Below, in pieces: positions 37,984 to 51,752 of a DNA stretch of 64,000 nucleotides (the first letter of the stretch is position 1; every line of letters starts with the position of its first letter). The notes under the pieces are model-generated. The model saw nothing but the letters and a program-made list of their open reading frames with translations. It was not told where the DNA came from and ran no database searches. The stretch lies in NCBI GenBank assembly GCA_964106645.2, contig OZ067045.1. The stretch is one strand, 5' to 3'. The stretch is from Podarcis pityusensis. Lineage: Eukaryota. The position numbers and the translations under genes were made by a program.

Positions 37984-38209
37984 AAGTGGTACCTCGGGTT
38001 ACAGGTGCTTCAGGTTACAGACTCCGCTAACCCAAAAATAGTACCTTGGGTTAAGAACTTTGCTTCAGGATGGGAACAGAAATTCTGCGGCAGCAGCGTG
38101 GCGGCAGCGGGAGGCCCCATTAGCTAAAGTGGTACCTCGGGTTAAGAACAGTTTCAGGTTAAGAACGGACCTCCAGAAAGAATTGAGTACTTAACTCGAG
38201 GTGCCACTG
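37984..38209. mobile_element. Tc1/mariner (Tigger/pogo-like) MITE, second copy
   Basis: Near-identical to 27444-27669; TA flanks. Confidence 0.88.
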
Positions 38210-38787
38210 TAGTTATAAAAAGACAGAGCCAGCCCGCCAAAATAACGAGCACAAAAAGAGGCAACAGGCCTAGCCTCCAAGTTAAGGGCCAAAGGCCTGG
38301 CGAATAAAAATGTTTTTGCCTGGTACCTAAAAACAGACAATGACGGCACAAAGCTTACTTCTCTGATGGGAACATTCCACAGACGGGGAGCCACCACCGA
38401 AAAGGCTCGTTCTCTTATTTACTTACTTACTCACTTTAAGCCAGTTGGGTGGATCATTTTGCATTTGGTCCCAGAAGTACCCACTGACATGGTCTGAGAG
38501 TCATAACCGGACCACTTGAGAGGCTTCTATTTTCTTTAAAGCACTCTGTTCTCCTGGTCTAAATCCCACCCACCTTCAAGCTTGCTTTTAGCTGCACCTG
38601 TGTTTTGTCTTATTTTCAACTTCCAGGGGAAGGGGGTGGGGTATTTAGATCAAAACAGTGTTTGAAGGGATCAGATTTGGAGCCCCCTGTGCCTGTTTTA
38701 AAGTAAACAAAAACCCATCTCAATGTCCTGTTATGGATGTTTTGCATCATCTGTGCATTCGGCCTTAAAAGCTGTGTGGATGGGATC

Positions 38788-38824
38788 ATATATATATATA
38801 TATATAATACCTGAAGTCAATCTG

Positions 38825-38867
<43 letters not shown>
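38788..38867. repeat. (TA)n and (TCTA)n microsatellites
   Basis: Direct reading. Confidence 0.9.
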
Positions 38868-38868
<1 letters not shown>

Positions 38869-41800
38869 GTGCCTGTCTTTAAAAACCACAGACTACTTCT
38901 AAGGTGTCATGCTTTCTCTTATCTTTGCTGAGATTTCCCATGGACTCTGCCATATTGCGAAAGGTGCTGCGCTGGCTGGCATGATCAGCAGCTGAGCTGC
39001 AGAAAGAAGCCCACGTTTTTGCACTGAACTCAAGAACCATGCCACTTGCACCTTTGCTTTCCACCCCCCACCCCCACCCCTGCACCCCAATTGGCAGCTG
39101 GCTGTGTGAGACATAATCAGCTCTTCTGTTCCGAAGGAGGTCTTTCTGGAGTGTCAATGCAACAATCGGCCGCCTTTTCCATGCCGTCTGTTGAATCTCC
39201 TAAATCGTTCTTTGGTGTTGACAATGTAAATATAGCTTTTCATGGACTTAAAGACCCTTCTCCCCACCCCCACCCCCACCCCCGCCCGCCCTTGTGTGGT
39301 GGCACTGCATATACGCAAACACACACACACACACACACACACAACCACTTAACCCCGGTGACAAAAAGAGCAGTGAATTGGCTGTTTTGAGACCCGCTCG
39401 TGCAAGAAAAGCAGACTCAATAGGATTTGGGTAACTGGGTGTATAGAAATTGCCATGCCTCACAGCTTGTCAATGGGGGATTCAGAGTTGAAGCATGTGC
39501 AGCTAAAGCTTGCGTGGAGACCGAAGGGGTTGTTCCACCTCTTAAAAAGCAGCTGCTTCCCTTTAAGAAAATAATGATTTATTCATACCCATTCAGGAGA
39601 GGGCGGAATATATTGGAAAAGCATCCTTTGGGGGGCCCAGGACTTAACACCATCAGCGTCTTTCTGTCTCTCTCCCCACCTCCACCCCCACCAACTCCTT
39701 TTGTCCTTTAGAATCTGTGACAATGTGATCCCGCCATTGTTTCTTGACAAGATGCCCTAATAGAGACTTACTAAGCTGAGCAATATGGTCTCAGAAGGAG
39801 AGGACGAGGATGAAGAAGCTGGCTTTGCATGCAGCTCGCTTGGTCTGAAGAAGTGACAGTTCGGAGGGGAAGGTTGACTTCTCCAAGCCTCTAGCCGTGG
39901 GGGAACAAGAATTGCAGAGGCTCCACCTGGAGTCTCTCCACAAGTGGTCATTTTATCTGGGCTTGACTGCTGAGCAAGGGAGCCTCAGGCCTTCCTGGGT
40001 CTCCTGCAGTAGAGTCTTCTGAATCAGAGGAAGCCAGTGCCACTCCCTCAGGCTGGCGGACAGGGGGCAGGGGCTTCATCTGACCCTGCAGGTTCACCTG
40101 AGTGTGCTTCTGGAGGTGGCTCCCTCTGCAAGCCTGTCCGTTTCTGCTTCAGAATCCTTGTCCTCATCCCCTAAAGATCCAACTCTGGGATCTTGGCAGG
40201 CCTGAAGCTCCCCACCCCTGAAACAAAATAAATAAATATCTACTTCATAAAATTTATACGGCGCTTGACTATTAAGAAAAACCTCAACGTAGTTTACAAG
40301 GAGAATAAAACAATAAAATCATCAGTAAAAAGAACAACTCTTTAAATCATTCAAAACATTAAATCAACAAAGAACAGATTAAACCACGCTACCACATTCT
40401 ACATGTCTAGTTCGTCTAAAACACAGACGTTTTTAGCAGGCGCCAGAATGAGCACAGTGAAGGTGCCTGCCTGATGCCAATAGGCAGGGAGTTCCACAGT
40501 GTAGGTGCTGCCACGCCAAAAGATTTCTTACGAATGTGGAAGGGGTATGATGGGGCACCTGCAACAGCCCCGGTTCTGCAGACAATACTGGTCAAGTGGG
40601 TGTATATGGGTAAGGCAATCTTGCAGAGAACTACCCTCTGTAAAGTAGGACACATGGCCACCCTGACTCCCGGCAAGGCCACCTCAAGTGCTCTGCAACC
40701 TCAGCCAAGCACATTGACCCGCCTAATGCATTGCGTAAGGAAATGCACACTTATTTGACGAGGTGGAGGGCCTTGCTTTTTCTCTGTGTGGAGTTTCGCC
40801 ATTAACACCCCCCAGAAAAAGGCCGGAAAAGGAAGCCCTTCTTCCCAGATGTATTATCATACTTCTTGGCTCGTGTGAGATGCTTCCCATGAACATATGC
40901 ACAGGGAGAGAGGCAGATGAGAGAGCCGAGGCTATCATAACAAGGCCAGATAAGGCTTTGATATCCTTTCCCCAGGAGAACGGCTCTCATGGAGGGCTCT
41001 TCCAAGACCCTCCTGGCTCTCAGCGCAAGCACAATGGGGAACACATGTCAGGCTGAGCCTCCTCTTGCTTTAATTAACTTCAGTTCAATTGTTATTTTCA
41101 TACGATTGCCTTTGTTCCTCCAGCGTTGGCTAATTTGGTCTCCATTACCTTTCATCCAAAGTAGCCCTTGGCTGCAGTGGCTACATAAAATCAGGGGTGG
41201 AGAAACTGTGGCCACACGGATGCTGCCAGACTCCAGCTCCCAGCAGCCACAGCCAATGGTTGGGGTGATGGACATGGTAGCTCAGCAACAACCCAGAGAG
41301 CCACAGGTTCCCCACACCTAATGCTGGAGGCCAGAGTCTCTGCCCTGGTCCAGAGCAACAATATTCCTTGCATACGGATGTTGGAGAAGCAGGCGGTGGG
41401 GCCAGCATCTCTAGTTAGGGCTGGGAATGTCCCACCTGAAAGCCTGGAAAGCCACTAGGAGTCAGCGTAGGCAATACTGAGCGGACCAAGGGTCTGATTC
41501 AGTAGAAAGCAGCTTCCTATGGTACCTTCCATATGTTTTAGAGAGCAAAACTCCAATCTGCCTGGCTGGGGATGCTGGGAATTGTAGTCCAAAACATATG
41601 GAGGCCCCAGATTGGCAAAGGCTGTGCTGTGTTATGGGCACAGCAGATAGGAAAGAGCCTCTCTGTCTGAGACCTTGGAAAGCCATTGCCAATCCGGGGG
41701 GACGGGGGGGACCCCAGGCAGGATAGTCTCATCTGGTATAAGGCAGATGAGACAGATTCCTGTATCTGTAACTCTCTGAACAGGACTGATGTCCAGAATT

Positions 41801-43982
41801 GTGCCTTCATTAATATTTAAATGAAGGTTGTGGAAAAGCAAATGGGATTACACAAAGGTTGTTTGTCTGATTGCTTTGCATTCAGACACCTCTTAAGATA
41901 TTGCATCCAAAGTTTTGCAAGATGGTTCCTGAGATCAAGGAGCAGTTTTTTGGCTATGTTTGGATACAGTTGGGTGCCATTTTGTATCAAGAGGGCAGAC
42001 TGAACTGCACTGGTTTTAACCACTGTTTTCAAAGCTGCACTGATCTTTTTGGTTTCTTAGAATTCCTCGGCAATCTTTCAAAACAGAGGCCTTCCCTCTG
42101 TACAGGACAACACAATGGCCACCCTACCTCTGTCAACAGAAGCAGGATTGAAGGTTTGCTCTTTTGAGAAGAGAAGAGGTGGCCAACAGATGCTCAGAGC
42201 CAGGATGTGACCTCAGAGGCTATAATACCTGAGACTGGAAGTAAAATTGCAGCAGAGGTGGAGCAGATGAGAGGGAGGCGCTTACACTCCTTCAGGGAAG
42301 TAGGGAGGAAAAACCCTCTTTAGCTTCTCATCAGCTCAGTTCAGTGGCCCAAATATTCCAAGGCAACAGGAGAATAGGCAAAATGTACAAGGTTAGCAAC
42401 CAACTCTGGAAACGACCTGGAATCTGTAACGTAGGTAGGCACGCATTCTATAAAATGTCTTGGGGGCCCGGCATCTTGATTGGGATGATTGGCAGGTCTG
42501 TTGATTTCAGGGACAGGGGCTGATTGATGGCTGCTTTAGTTGCTGCCCTGGGCCTCTTCACAGCTCGCCGAGGTGAAATGTTCAGCCGAAGGATGGGAGC
42601 CTGTCCCCAGAGGGACATTCAGGACCTTTGGCCTTTTCCTACTCCTTGCTCACTGTTCAGAAGCTCCGACATCCACCATCACACACATCCCCGACTTGCC
42701 AGCCTAGAGCAATCATGCAGAGGAGAAGACGTTAAACATTACCTAAAGAAGGCTGGGGAAGTCTTAACCTGTTACTGGTTTTGCAGAGACGTTGGTATAC
42801 AGTTATCACAGAGGCCCAACTAATCCACCCCTCAGACAGATTTACTTTTTCAGTTGCCTTTTAAGGTGACTCACAACATACCACACACACAAAATATTAC
42901 AAGCATAAAATTGTATCCCAATGTAAGGACCAGGGATTAATAGATCAGACTATTTATGGCCTGAGTGTGTTCCTAATACCTCATACCACACAATCCTGTG
43001 TGACTGGTCTGTTTTTTTAATATATATATATATATATATATGTGCATTTAAAAATATGTATTTTCAATGTGCAATATGCACATTAAATGCATTTGTCCCT
43101 AAACTATAATTTTTTGTGCATTTGGGTACATTTTTTTTAGTTAATAGCTGTATTGCAAAATTACGAGAAGTTCAAAAGTCCAAAGGATAATTATAACCCA
43201 GTTCATGTGAATTGAGAGTGAATTGTGAATTGTGTCACTCTGCTTAATAATGCGAACCAAATGAAATTCTTCTCCATCCCTAGCAAAAACACATCTAAAA
43301 ATATACCAAAACAGGAGCAGAAGTATGAAACAGACCTCAGCTCATTCAAAAGCTGACTAGACTAGAAAAGTCTTTAGGGTTTCTTTAAAATCTAACAGAG
43401 AGGGGCAAGAGGATTTCAACGTGATGAGGCCTTTGCAGAAAAGGCCTTGTCCCTTGTAATCACTAGTCTAGCAACTCTTGCTGAATGTATTAATGTATGA
43501 ATTGTTAGTCCCATTTATACAGAAGAGGGGCAGAATTAATGTATTAATTGTTATTCCCATTTATACAGAAGAGGGGCAGAACGAAAGGAATTTTTTACTG
43601 TGAATTTCTATTCCTAGAGGCTCCTGAAGGACTTCACATTGTACAACCTTCCACTAGTGCTTTGAGTGGAATGGATGTTGCCAAGGCTGGCCACACACTA
43701 ATCTCTTTGCAGCACAAAAATGTAGCTTTTCTCAATCCAGCGTCATTCAGCCTAGATCGATTCTAGATCCTTTGCTGTCCACAAAGGTGGGTTTGGTTAC
43801 TTAATTATGTGTTTGAAAACCCTTCCCTTGTTTGGGTTATCTGCTGCTTTTCCTCTCTGCACATCCCCCAGAAGGCACTGGCATTGTGATCTTGGCATAC
43901 TCACGCCTACAGCATCCTTGAGCAGGTGTGGATACACACACACAGAACCACCTACATCTGTTTTCAAATGGACACTCTATGG

Positions 43983-44118
43983 CAGTGATGGCCAAACTTG
44001 GCCCTCCAGCTGTTTTGGGACTACAACTCCCATCATCCCTAGCTAACAAGACCAGTGGCCAGGGATGGTGGGAATTGTAGTCCCAAAACAGCTGGAGCGC
44101 CAAGTTTGGCCATCACTA
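43983..44118. mobile_element. Palindromic hAT-type MITE
   Basis: Same family as 3716-3847; 8-bp TSD c(t/c)ctatgg. Older related palindromic copies occur at ~1163-1283, 2076-2200, 2216-2335, 9777-9913, 28560-28682 and 41192-41320. Confidence 0.85.
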
Positions 44119-45274
44119 CCCTATGGGTTAATGCAGAATCCATCTACAATGAGCTCCCCCCTCCCAACAACCCCATGAAACCAGTCTCAATAAGTGCTTT
44201 TCAGGGACACAAAATATGCAGCAAACCTAGATTGTGTGCAGACTATGTAAAAAACAAGAAGGATGTGTTCTATGTTGATTCCTGAATAAAATGTTGTATG
44301 TCTGCAGCCAAAGACACCAAGTAGATCTCGGTGCCCCCTTCAGGGCTCCTGAAGGAGAGCAGGTCTTCCATCACCTCCTCCCCAAATAAGGCTGCATGGA
44401 TGGGGATTTTATCAGGTTCGTTTTGGGGGAAGTGGTATGCTTTCCCCACTGCTCTCACCCTGGGGATGCTGCACCAGATGTTCTTGATAAGGGCTTGTGA
44501 TTCCTTTTAATTAATCACAGCTGTTCTCGTCTGTACTTGGCATTACGACTGCCGCATTGAGGTTGGGTAGGGGAGAAAAACATGGGAGAAGCTCCCCGAA
44601 AACAGGTGACAGGATCTGGTTTGGATAGCCTCAATCTTCTTCCCACTGATGAAATAAGTGGGGAGAAGTTGGAACTTCACACACAAAACTCCAGTTTAGG
44701 TTGCTAACTCGTGACAAGCCCCACGCTTTTGGACATCGGATCTGTTAAATGCTTTGGGTAGAGGCTGGGGCTGAATCAGTCAAATTCAGTTTCTTGTTTT
44801 GCCAATCTTGAATTCAGTTCACAACATTTCTGCATCAGTTTGCAATTTATTTATTTTGAAAAGTCCTCATGAACATTTCATCAGCATTTTTAGTGTGCTT
44901 TTCTCTATTGGATTTAAAATTGTTTTTACATATGAAAGTGTTCTAAGTGCTTTTTAATTGTTATAATTATTTTTATATATGAAATTGTGTGTTGTTTTCA
45001 TTGCTGGTTTGCTTGGGGGGGGGGAATCCGTTGAGGTAAATGGAATAAAATAAATTTATTCAAATAAACCTATTATTGTATGCATTTTTGCCCTACACAC
45101 ACATTATTGCAAGTGATATCCACTAATATAAATCACTTTTATTCACCCTTCCCCCTAACAAACACATTTATAGACATGCTTTTAGGATGGAGAACTACAC
45201 CAGAAAATTCAACAGAGGACAAATTTTCAAAGTCAAGCACATTTCAGCATGCACACTGTGATGTGAATTAGTTA

Positions 45275-45516
45275 AAAAGGTAAAGGGATCCCTGACCATT
45301 AGGTCCAGTCATGATCGACTCTGGGGTTGTGGCGCTCATCTCGCTTTATTGGCCGAGGGAGCCGGTGTACAGCTTCTGGGTCATGTGGCCAGCATGACTA
45401 AACCACTTCTGGCGAACCAGAGCAGCACACGGAAACGCCGTTTACCTTCCCACCAGAGTGGTACCTATTTATCTACTTGCACTTTGACGTGCTTTCGAAC
45501 TGCTAGGTTGGCAGGA
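45275..45516 (-). mobile_element. 5'-truncated Sauria SINE
   Basis: Matches the Sauria SINE body and ...CCCTTTACCTTT tail; 12-bp TSD gtgaattagtta (45263-45274, 45517-45528). Confidence 0.9.
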
Positions 45517-45711
45517 GTGAATTAGTTAGGCTTGCATTAAAATATAAACTGGACTGAATTCCTCCCACAACGCTTTTTATCCTATTGTATACCACTTCAG
45601 TCTTTGTAAAATCAGTAACAACACCTGCAGGGAACAGCTTTCCCATCCCTGGTCTACGCTGACACACACACTAGCTCTCCATGGTTTCAGACAGGGAGTC
45701 CTTCCCACCCC

Positions 45712-45881
45712 TGTGCAGTTTGCCGACGCCTTTCCTCTGAAGGAGTTTGGCTACAAGCCAGAGCCGATCCAGTACCTGGAAACTGTGGGCTGGGTAGAAT
45801 TGGCGGATGGTTTGCTCATGGCCTTTGGGCCTCAGCTGCTGCAGGAAATCAGCTATTTTGTGCTCATGATCGTCATGATAG
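45712..45881 (+). pseudogene. TMEM35B: Orphan, 5'-broken internal exon of TMEM35B (ZMYM6NB)
   Basis: VQFADAFPLKEFGYKPEPIQYLETVGWVELADGLLMAFGPQLLQEISYFVLMIVMI-G|gtaag resembles recalled human VQFAEVFPLKVFGYQPDP...GPPMLQEISNLFLILLMMG; flanking exons not found in the window. Confidence 0.8.
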
Positions 45882-48800
45882 GTAAGAGCTGTGCAGGGGT
45901 CGGCTGTTTCCCTACCGCAAGGTAGAGAGGGGCTGCTGGAATGTAGGAAGCTGCCTTATACAGAGTCAAACCAATGGCCCTTCTAGGTCAATATTGCCTA
46001 CACTGATTGGCATCCACTCTCCAGGGCTTCAGACAGGAGTCTTTTCCCAGCGCTCCCTGGAGATGCCAGGGACTGAACCTGGGACCTTTTGCATGCAAAG
46101 CAGATGCTCTGCCACCAAGCTGTGGCCCTTCCCAGATATACCAGTGATCTGTTGCAAGCCCACTTCTGTTAAAAGGAGAGCTCAAAGGGCACCCCCCCCC
46201 AGCCCTGCGAGCCTCTTTGTAACATATGCCTGTCTTCTCTGCGCAGCCTGCACTTTGTGCCTGGCATAGAATGCAGAGGTTGGTGGTGATACGATGCTGC
46301 TCTCTAGTGGCCAAAGGGCAGAGCGTCAGTGTGACACCACAAGCCAGTTTTTACGACTGACCCGTGTCCTTAGTCTCAAGAAGAGGAGCATGCAGGGAAG
46401 TCTTTACAGGGGAGCAGAGCCAGCGTCAGCACCTGGTCTCCTTGGACAGCAGCTGAGGCCCAGAGTCCCAGTACAGCCCACTGCTGGACCCCTTTAAAAA
46501 CAAAATACCCCTGGCCCTGCATCCTCAGCAGTGCTGTGCAGCTGTGTCCTGCCTCCATTTGAACTTTTCAGTGACCTGGATTCCTATTATAGGATGAACA
46601 TGGCAAAGCACACCAATGGTGCTCTCCATTTGCAGGGAGACTTTTGCACATTGGCCTCCTGTGCAAAGGACTCCCACATGCTTCCCATATGGAGTTGGAC
46701 TAGGACCTAGGAAAGCAGGCTTCAAATCCCCACTGGGTGACCTTGGGCCAGTTGTAGTCTCTTAGCCTAATCTACCTTACAGGGTTGTTGTGATGACCAT
46801 GGATGCCACCTTGAGCTCCTTTGGGAGGAAACGTGGGATATAAATCTAATTAATTAATAAATGACCACGTACCGTCTAAAAATCTGGCACATCTCTTAGG
46901 CCACTTGTGGAAAGGAGGGCAGAGCTACCAGGCCTCAGCAATGTCCTGCAAAAACTCAGCATGCCCCCAACATACAGGGCATAACAGGGCAAGGCCAGCC
47001 ATGGCAGTCAAGCTGTCTAGTAAGTGCTGCATTGCCTATGCAACTCCCACTGTTGACACTTGCTGTCTCTTCAGCTAAAGAAGAAACTACTTCTTTTCCT
47101 CCTGGTTTCCAGTTGCCTTTTAACAAAGCACCTTTCCCAGCACGGACTCAAAATGATAGCCTCACTCTGGCTCCATGGCAAGCCCCAGGCGAGGGCAGGC
47201 AGAGACACCGGTCCGTTAAATTTCAATTTTCCCTTTCAACTCCAGGCCATTTATTAAAAACACACACACACACACACACACAAAGGATGCACTCAGGGCC
47301 CCCTTTTGACACAGCGTTAACTTTATCAAGGCTCCCGGTACAGGGCAGTGATAAATTGAGCATCCCTGCGGTCTGTCAGAGGCAGATTAATACGGTGGGC
47401 TAAATGGCCCTTACATGGCTAGGAGGCCAGACATTTCGTAGTCATTGGAAAGAGAGAGGCAGAGGCAGGAACTTGCCTGCGGAACTTGCATCGCGATGCT
47501 CTCCTTTAGCAAAAAACGCAACATCAATTCTCATCACTGCACCTAGGAGAGGCTAGGGCTGGGCCCCCCTCCCAGTTTATTTTTAATGAAGTCGCACCCT
47601 GAGAGCTATTTCCTTCTTTTTTAAGAGTCGGGACAAAGCTGTACGTCAGCAGCAGCTAGTCTAAGCTTGCACAACCGGAGGCCCACCAAAGCAAACATGT
47701 GCCAGCTTGGACTCTCTCTCCTTTTGGTTTCCCTATTGGGACTGCCCAAAATGGGATGCAAAGGACCCAAGCAAGGCCCAATGCTGGCCCTACCATTAGG
47801 TACAACGAGGCAGTTGCCTCAGGTGGGGAACAGACAGTGATGAAATGTTGCAGGACTGAGTTGTAAGTGCCACGTTCCCTCAGGTGCAGCGGAACGGGGC
47901 TGCCTCTTCAGCAGTGTTGAAGTGAGGGTCAACTGCAAGTCTGATTAACCTCTGTGTGCGGAATGGGTGGGGCATCTCTCTTCTCCTTCACCTTAGGCAA
48001 GAAGGCTCTTTCCCTGCGAGACTGTGTTTGGTTTGCCAGTTCCAGTGTTGCACAGGACCCTGAATAAATGAACTGTCCGTCTGCGTGAAGACACAGGCTT
48101 CAGACCCAAGAGTCGGGGTTGGAGCCCATTCACAGGGCTTCAGCCTCAGCTCAGTGGTAGAGAACAGCAGGTCCCAGGTTCAATCCCTGGCATCTCCTGG
48201 TAGGGCTGCAAGGAAGTTCAGTCGGAAAGCCTGGAAAGCTGTTACCCGTCTGTGTAGGCAATAATGAGTTAAACGTTAGAATGTTCTGTCTCAGTATAAA
48301 AGCAGTTTCTTATGTCCCTTTTGTTGCAAATTGCCATCTTTGCACTTACGATCGAGGAGCTTGGGAGCAGAATCATATAAAGATACAAATTTTTCTAATC
48401 ACATTGTAAAAGAATTTTTTTTGCAAAAAACGTAATATTTTACAATTTTATAACACATGTTGTTCTGGATTTCTCACATTCTGAACTATACTTAAGGCCC
48501 CTTCTGAGCATCAGCTTTTTGTATTTTTTTGATTTGGTAGCACCCTGACATCATAGGGCCCTGGCCCATTGGTGGAATACAAGATGCAACCTCAGGCCTG
48601 TGGCCTGTCCATTCCTGGATTCCATTTGGAACAGTTGCCCCTCACAGGCTCATTATGTCTCTGAATATTCTTCCCAGTGTGGACCCTAGGATTTTGTCCT
48701 GGAATTTTTCTTCAAGAGGCTCAGAAGCCCTCAGTCAGAACATCAGGTACCTGCAAGCCATGCAAGGCCCTGTCCTCTGTTCATGCAAGAACAAACCCAG

Positions 48801-50974
48801 TGGGACCTTTTCCCTTTGCACAAGCTGCTTAAGGTGGAAACACCCAGCAGGGTCAAACAGTATGTAGATTTCAGAGAAGGGGTGGGGAATCCCTTTTTTT
48901 TTTTTTGTCCAGGACCACATTCCCCTGGACTCGTGCGTGTAGTCACAGGGGGTGGTGCCAAAGCCCAAAGTGGGCAAGGCTACTTCTCTCTTTCACTCAT
49001 TTCTCTTCCACTGTATAGCGTGCTGTTGGGAGGAACAGATTGTTCCTGCCATCTACTTGTAGGCTTTTCTGCCCTCCCCACTGAATGCTTTTCAGTTGCT
49101 CTGTTTCTCAAATACACCCCTCCCATTAGGCTCAACGTAGACCGAATATGGCTTGTCTACTCTTGCCCTAAACTACATACTGAACCTCACCACTTGCAGC
49201 CACCCCTCCTCAAGCATTGAGGTGCACCAGGGCTGGCTTCTCTTGTAGCTCCTCTGGATAGAAAAGTGAGAACTTGAGTAGGGAGAGGCAAGGTCTTGAG
49301 GACAGCAGTTCCATAAAGTGGAGAAATCTGTTGCCAACCAAGATCTCCAATAATTCTTTTTATCCATTGTTGCTTGTTGCTGTTCTTGTTAAACCAACCT
49401 GCGGAGTGTGGGAAGAGATAGAGGCCTCTACTGGCTGGGCAAGCAGCTGAGAAGGTCAGCTGCTGCTGGTGCTTTGGCAACCTCCTGCCCCTCTTACTGG
49501 TCTGCTGAGGACAATGTGTGAATGGAGAGCAGCAACCATGAGACAGAAGGGAAAGGTAGCTGGTGGCAGCAAGAAAAAGCAATGGTTTGTGCTAGGCTGG
49601 GCAGGAGCGGGAGAATGCCTCTGAGATCAGGAAGGAGTGATGGGCAAGGGAGCCAAGAATGGTAGAAAACAGATGACAAACTTCACATGTTGGGGGTTTC
49701 ATATATAACCAAACTAGGGGCCACCTTGTCAATTAAGACATTAGATGGCTATAAGCTAAAAACTGAAACTAACTGTATGTGTGTGTTTTATACAACCATT
49801 GTTGTGATAAGTAAAATAAGCCCAAAGGAAATTAAAAAGAGAGAGAAGACTGTTGCTTTCTGCTTCTGCACCTGCACCCCGCTACAAAAGGACCTACCTT
49901 AATACATATTTCCTTGCTCCAAGGATATGTCCCATTCATCATTCACTGGAGAGGTTTAAAGTAATGAGATAGTTCCTAACATCTGAAACCAAAATTGTAA
50001 CAGGATCGATCTCTCTCCCTCTTCATAAGACATACAGAGCCCTCCTTGCCCAGAGGCACAATCCTTGTCCTTTAACCCCATGGCCAGGAGCTGGGGGAGG
50101 AGAGGGGTTACTGAAAGATCTGGGATGGAGGACAGCAAGAGAGTTCACACACACACAAAAAGGCTTCTTCTTGGCTTGTCCACTCAAAAGCCATTTTTCA
50201 CATTTTGAAAATAGAGATCATTTTTAGCCTGGGTCCATCTGGTTTCTCAAATAGCCTGTCTCTTTGATAAATAACATAAATTAAATTAGACAAGACAAAC
50301 AAATAGGTTTTTTGCTTCCCTCCCACCCACCCTGCTTCTCCACCTCTGCCCCCCCCCCTTTCAGGAAAGAAACAAAAGCAAATATAATTCAGCAAGTGCC
50401 TCCAGTCCCCCCAGGACCCGTTGCAGCAGGGAGCAAGAGTGATGATTAGGAACGTGTCTGCAATGTTAACCTTTAACACCAACTGTGGGCCGCGGCTGGC
50501 CCCATGCCTTTTAAACTCCTTTTAATTTCCTCTCCCATGAACCAGTGCTGCTAACAAGGCCAGCAGGTTAAGAGCTCTCTGGTTTTCTATAGCCCCTATT
50601 ACCCAAAGACTGCGAGATCCTTCAGTGCAGAACTACCCTTTATGCAAGCAGCTAAACTGAAGCATTACTAGAAGAAAGAGCTGCTACAGGAATCTCTGGT
50701 GGTGCAGCAGCTCTGAGCTAGCCTCCGCCTACTCCAAGTGGGTCCCATCATCTCAACATAAAGGTAACTTTTATTTTTAAACGGAAGAGACAAAATTTGT
50801 GGATTATAAACCTACCCATGCTTCCTAGCCATATGAAAATGGAGCTGTTTGTGCAGAGGCAATGAACCCTTCACTATTAAATGCTTAGGACAAGCAATGG
50901 GGACTGCAGGACTTCACTGCCTTGCTTGCCGACTCCCCAAGGGCACTTAGCTAGCTGCTATTACTGCTGGAAAT

Positions 50975-51752
50975 GTTGTTGTTCAGTCGTGTCCGACTCT
51001 TCGTGACCCCATGGACCAGAGCACGCCAGGCACTCCTGTCTTCCACTGCCTCCCGCAGTTTGGTCAAACTCATGTTCGTAGCTTCGAGAACACTGTCCAA
51101 CCATCTCGTCCTCTGTCGTCCCCTTCTCCTTGTGCCCTAAATCTTTCCCAATATCAGGGTCTTTTCCAGGGAGTCTTCTCTTCTCATGAGGTTGCCAAAG
51201 TATTGGAGCCTCAGCTTCAGGATCTGTCCTTCCAGTGAGCACTCAGGGCTAATTTCCGTAAGAATGGATAGGTTTGATATTCTTGCAGTCCATGGGACTC
51301 TCAAGAGTCTCCTCCAGCACCATAATTCAAAAGCATCCATTCTTCGGTGATCAGCCTTCTTTATGGTCCAGCTCTCACTTCCATACATCACTACTGGGAA
51401 AACCATAGCTTTAACTATGTGGACCTTTGTTGGCAAGGTGATGTCTCTGCTTTTTAAGATGCCTTCTAGGTTTGTCATTGCTTTTCTCCCAAGAAGCAGG
51501 CGTCTTTTAATTTCGTGACTGCTGTCACCATCTGCAGTGATCATGGAGCCCAAGAAAGTAAAATCTCTCACTGCTTCCATTTCTTCCCCTTCTATTTGCC
51601 AGGAGGTTATGGGCCCAGTGGCCATGATCTTCGTTTTTTTGATGTTGAGCTTCAGACCATATTTTGCACTCTTCTCTTTCACCCTCATTAAAAGGTTCTT
51701 TAATTCCTCCTCACTTTCTGCCATCAAGGTTGTGTCATCTGCATATCTGAGG
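50975..51752 (-). mobile_element. 5'-truncated RTE-BovB LINE
   Basis: LRYADDTTLMAESEEELK...FELWCWRRLLRVPWTAR; (CAA)n tail; 11-bp TSD ctgctggaaat (50964-50974, 51753-51763); premature TAG at 51139-51137. Confidence 0.95.

Noticed and set aside
42524-42823. Hydrophobic-start ORF as possible TMEM35B exon 1
   Set aside because: It lacks the expected GxFF...G.AKL pattern and a suitable donor.
44270-44520. Protein-looking minus-strand ORF
   Set aside because: No recognisable homology, start context or splice boundaries.
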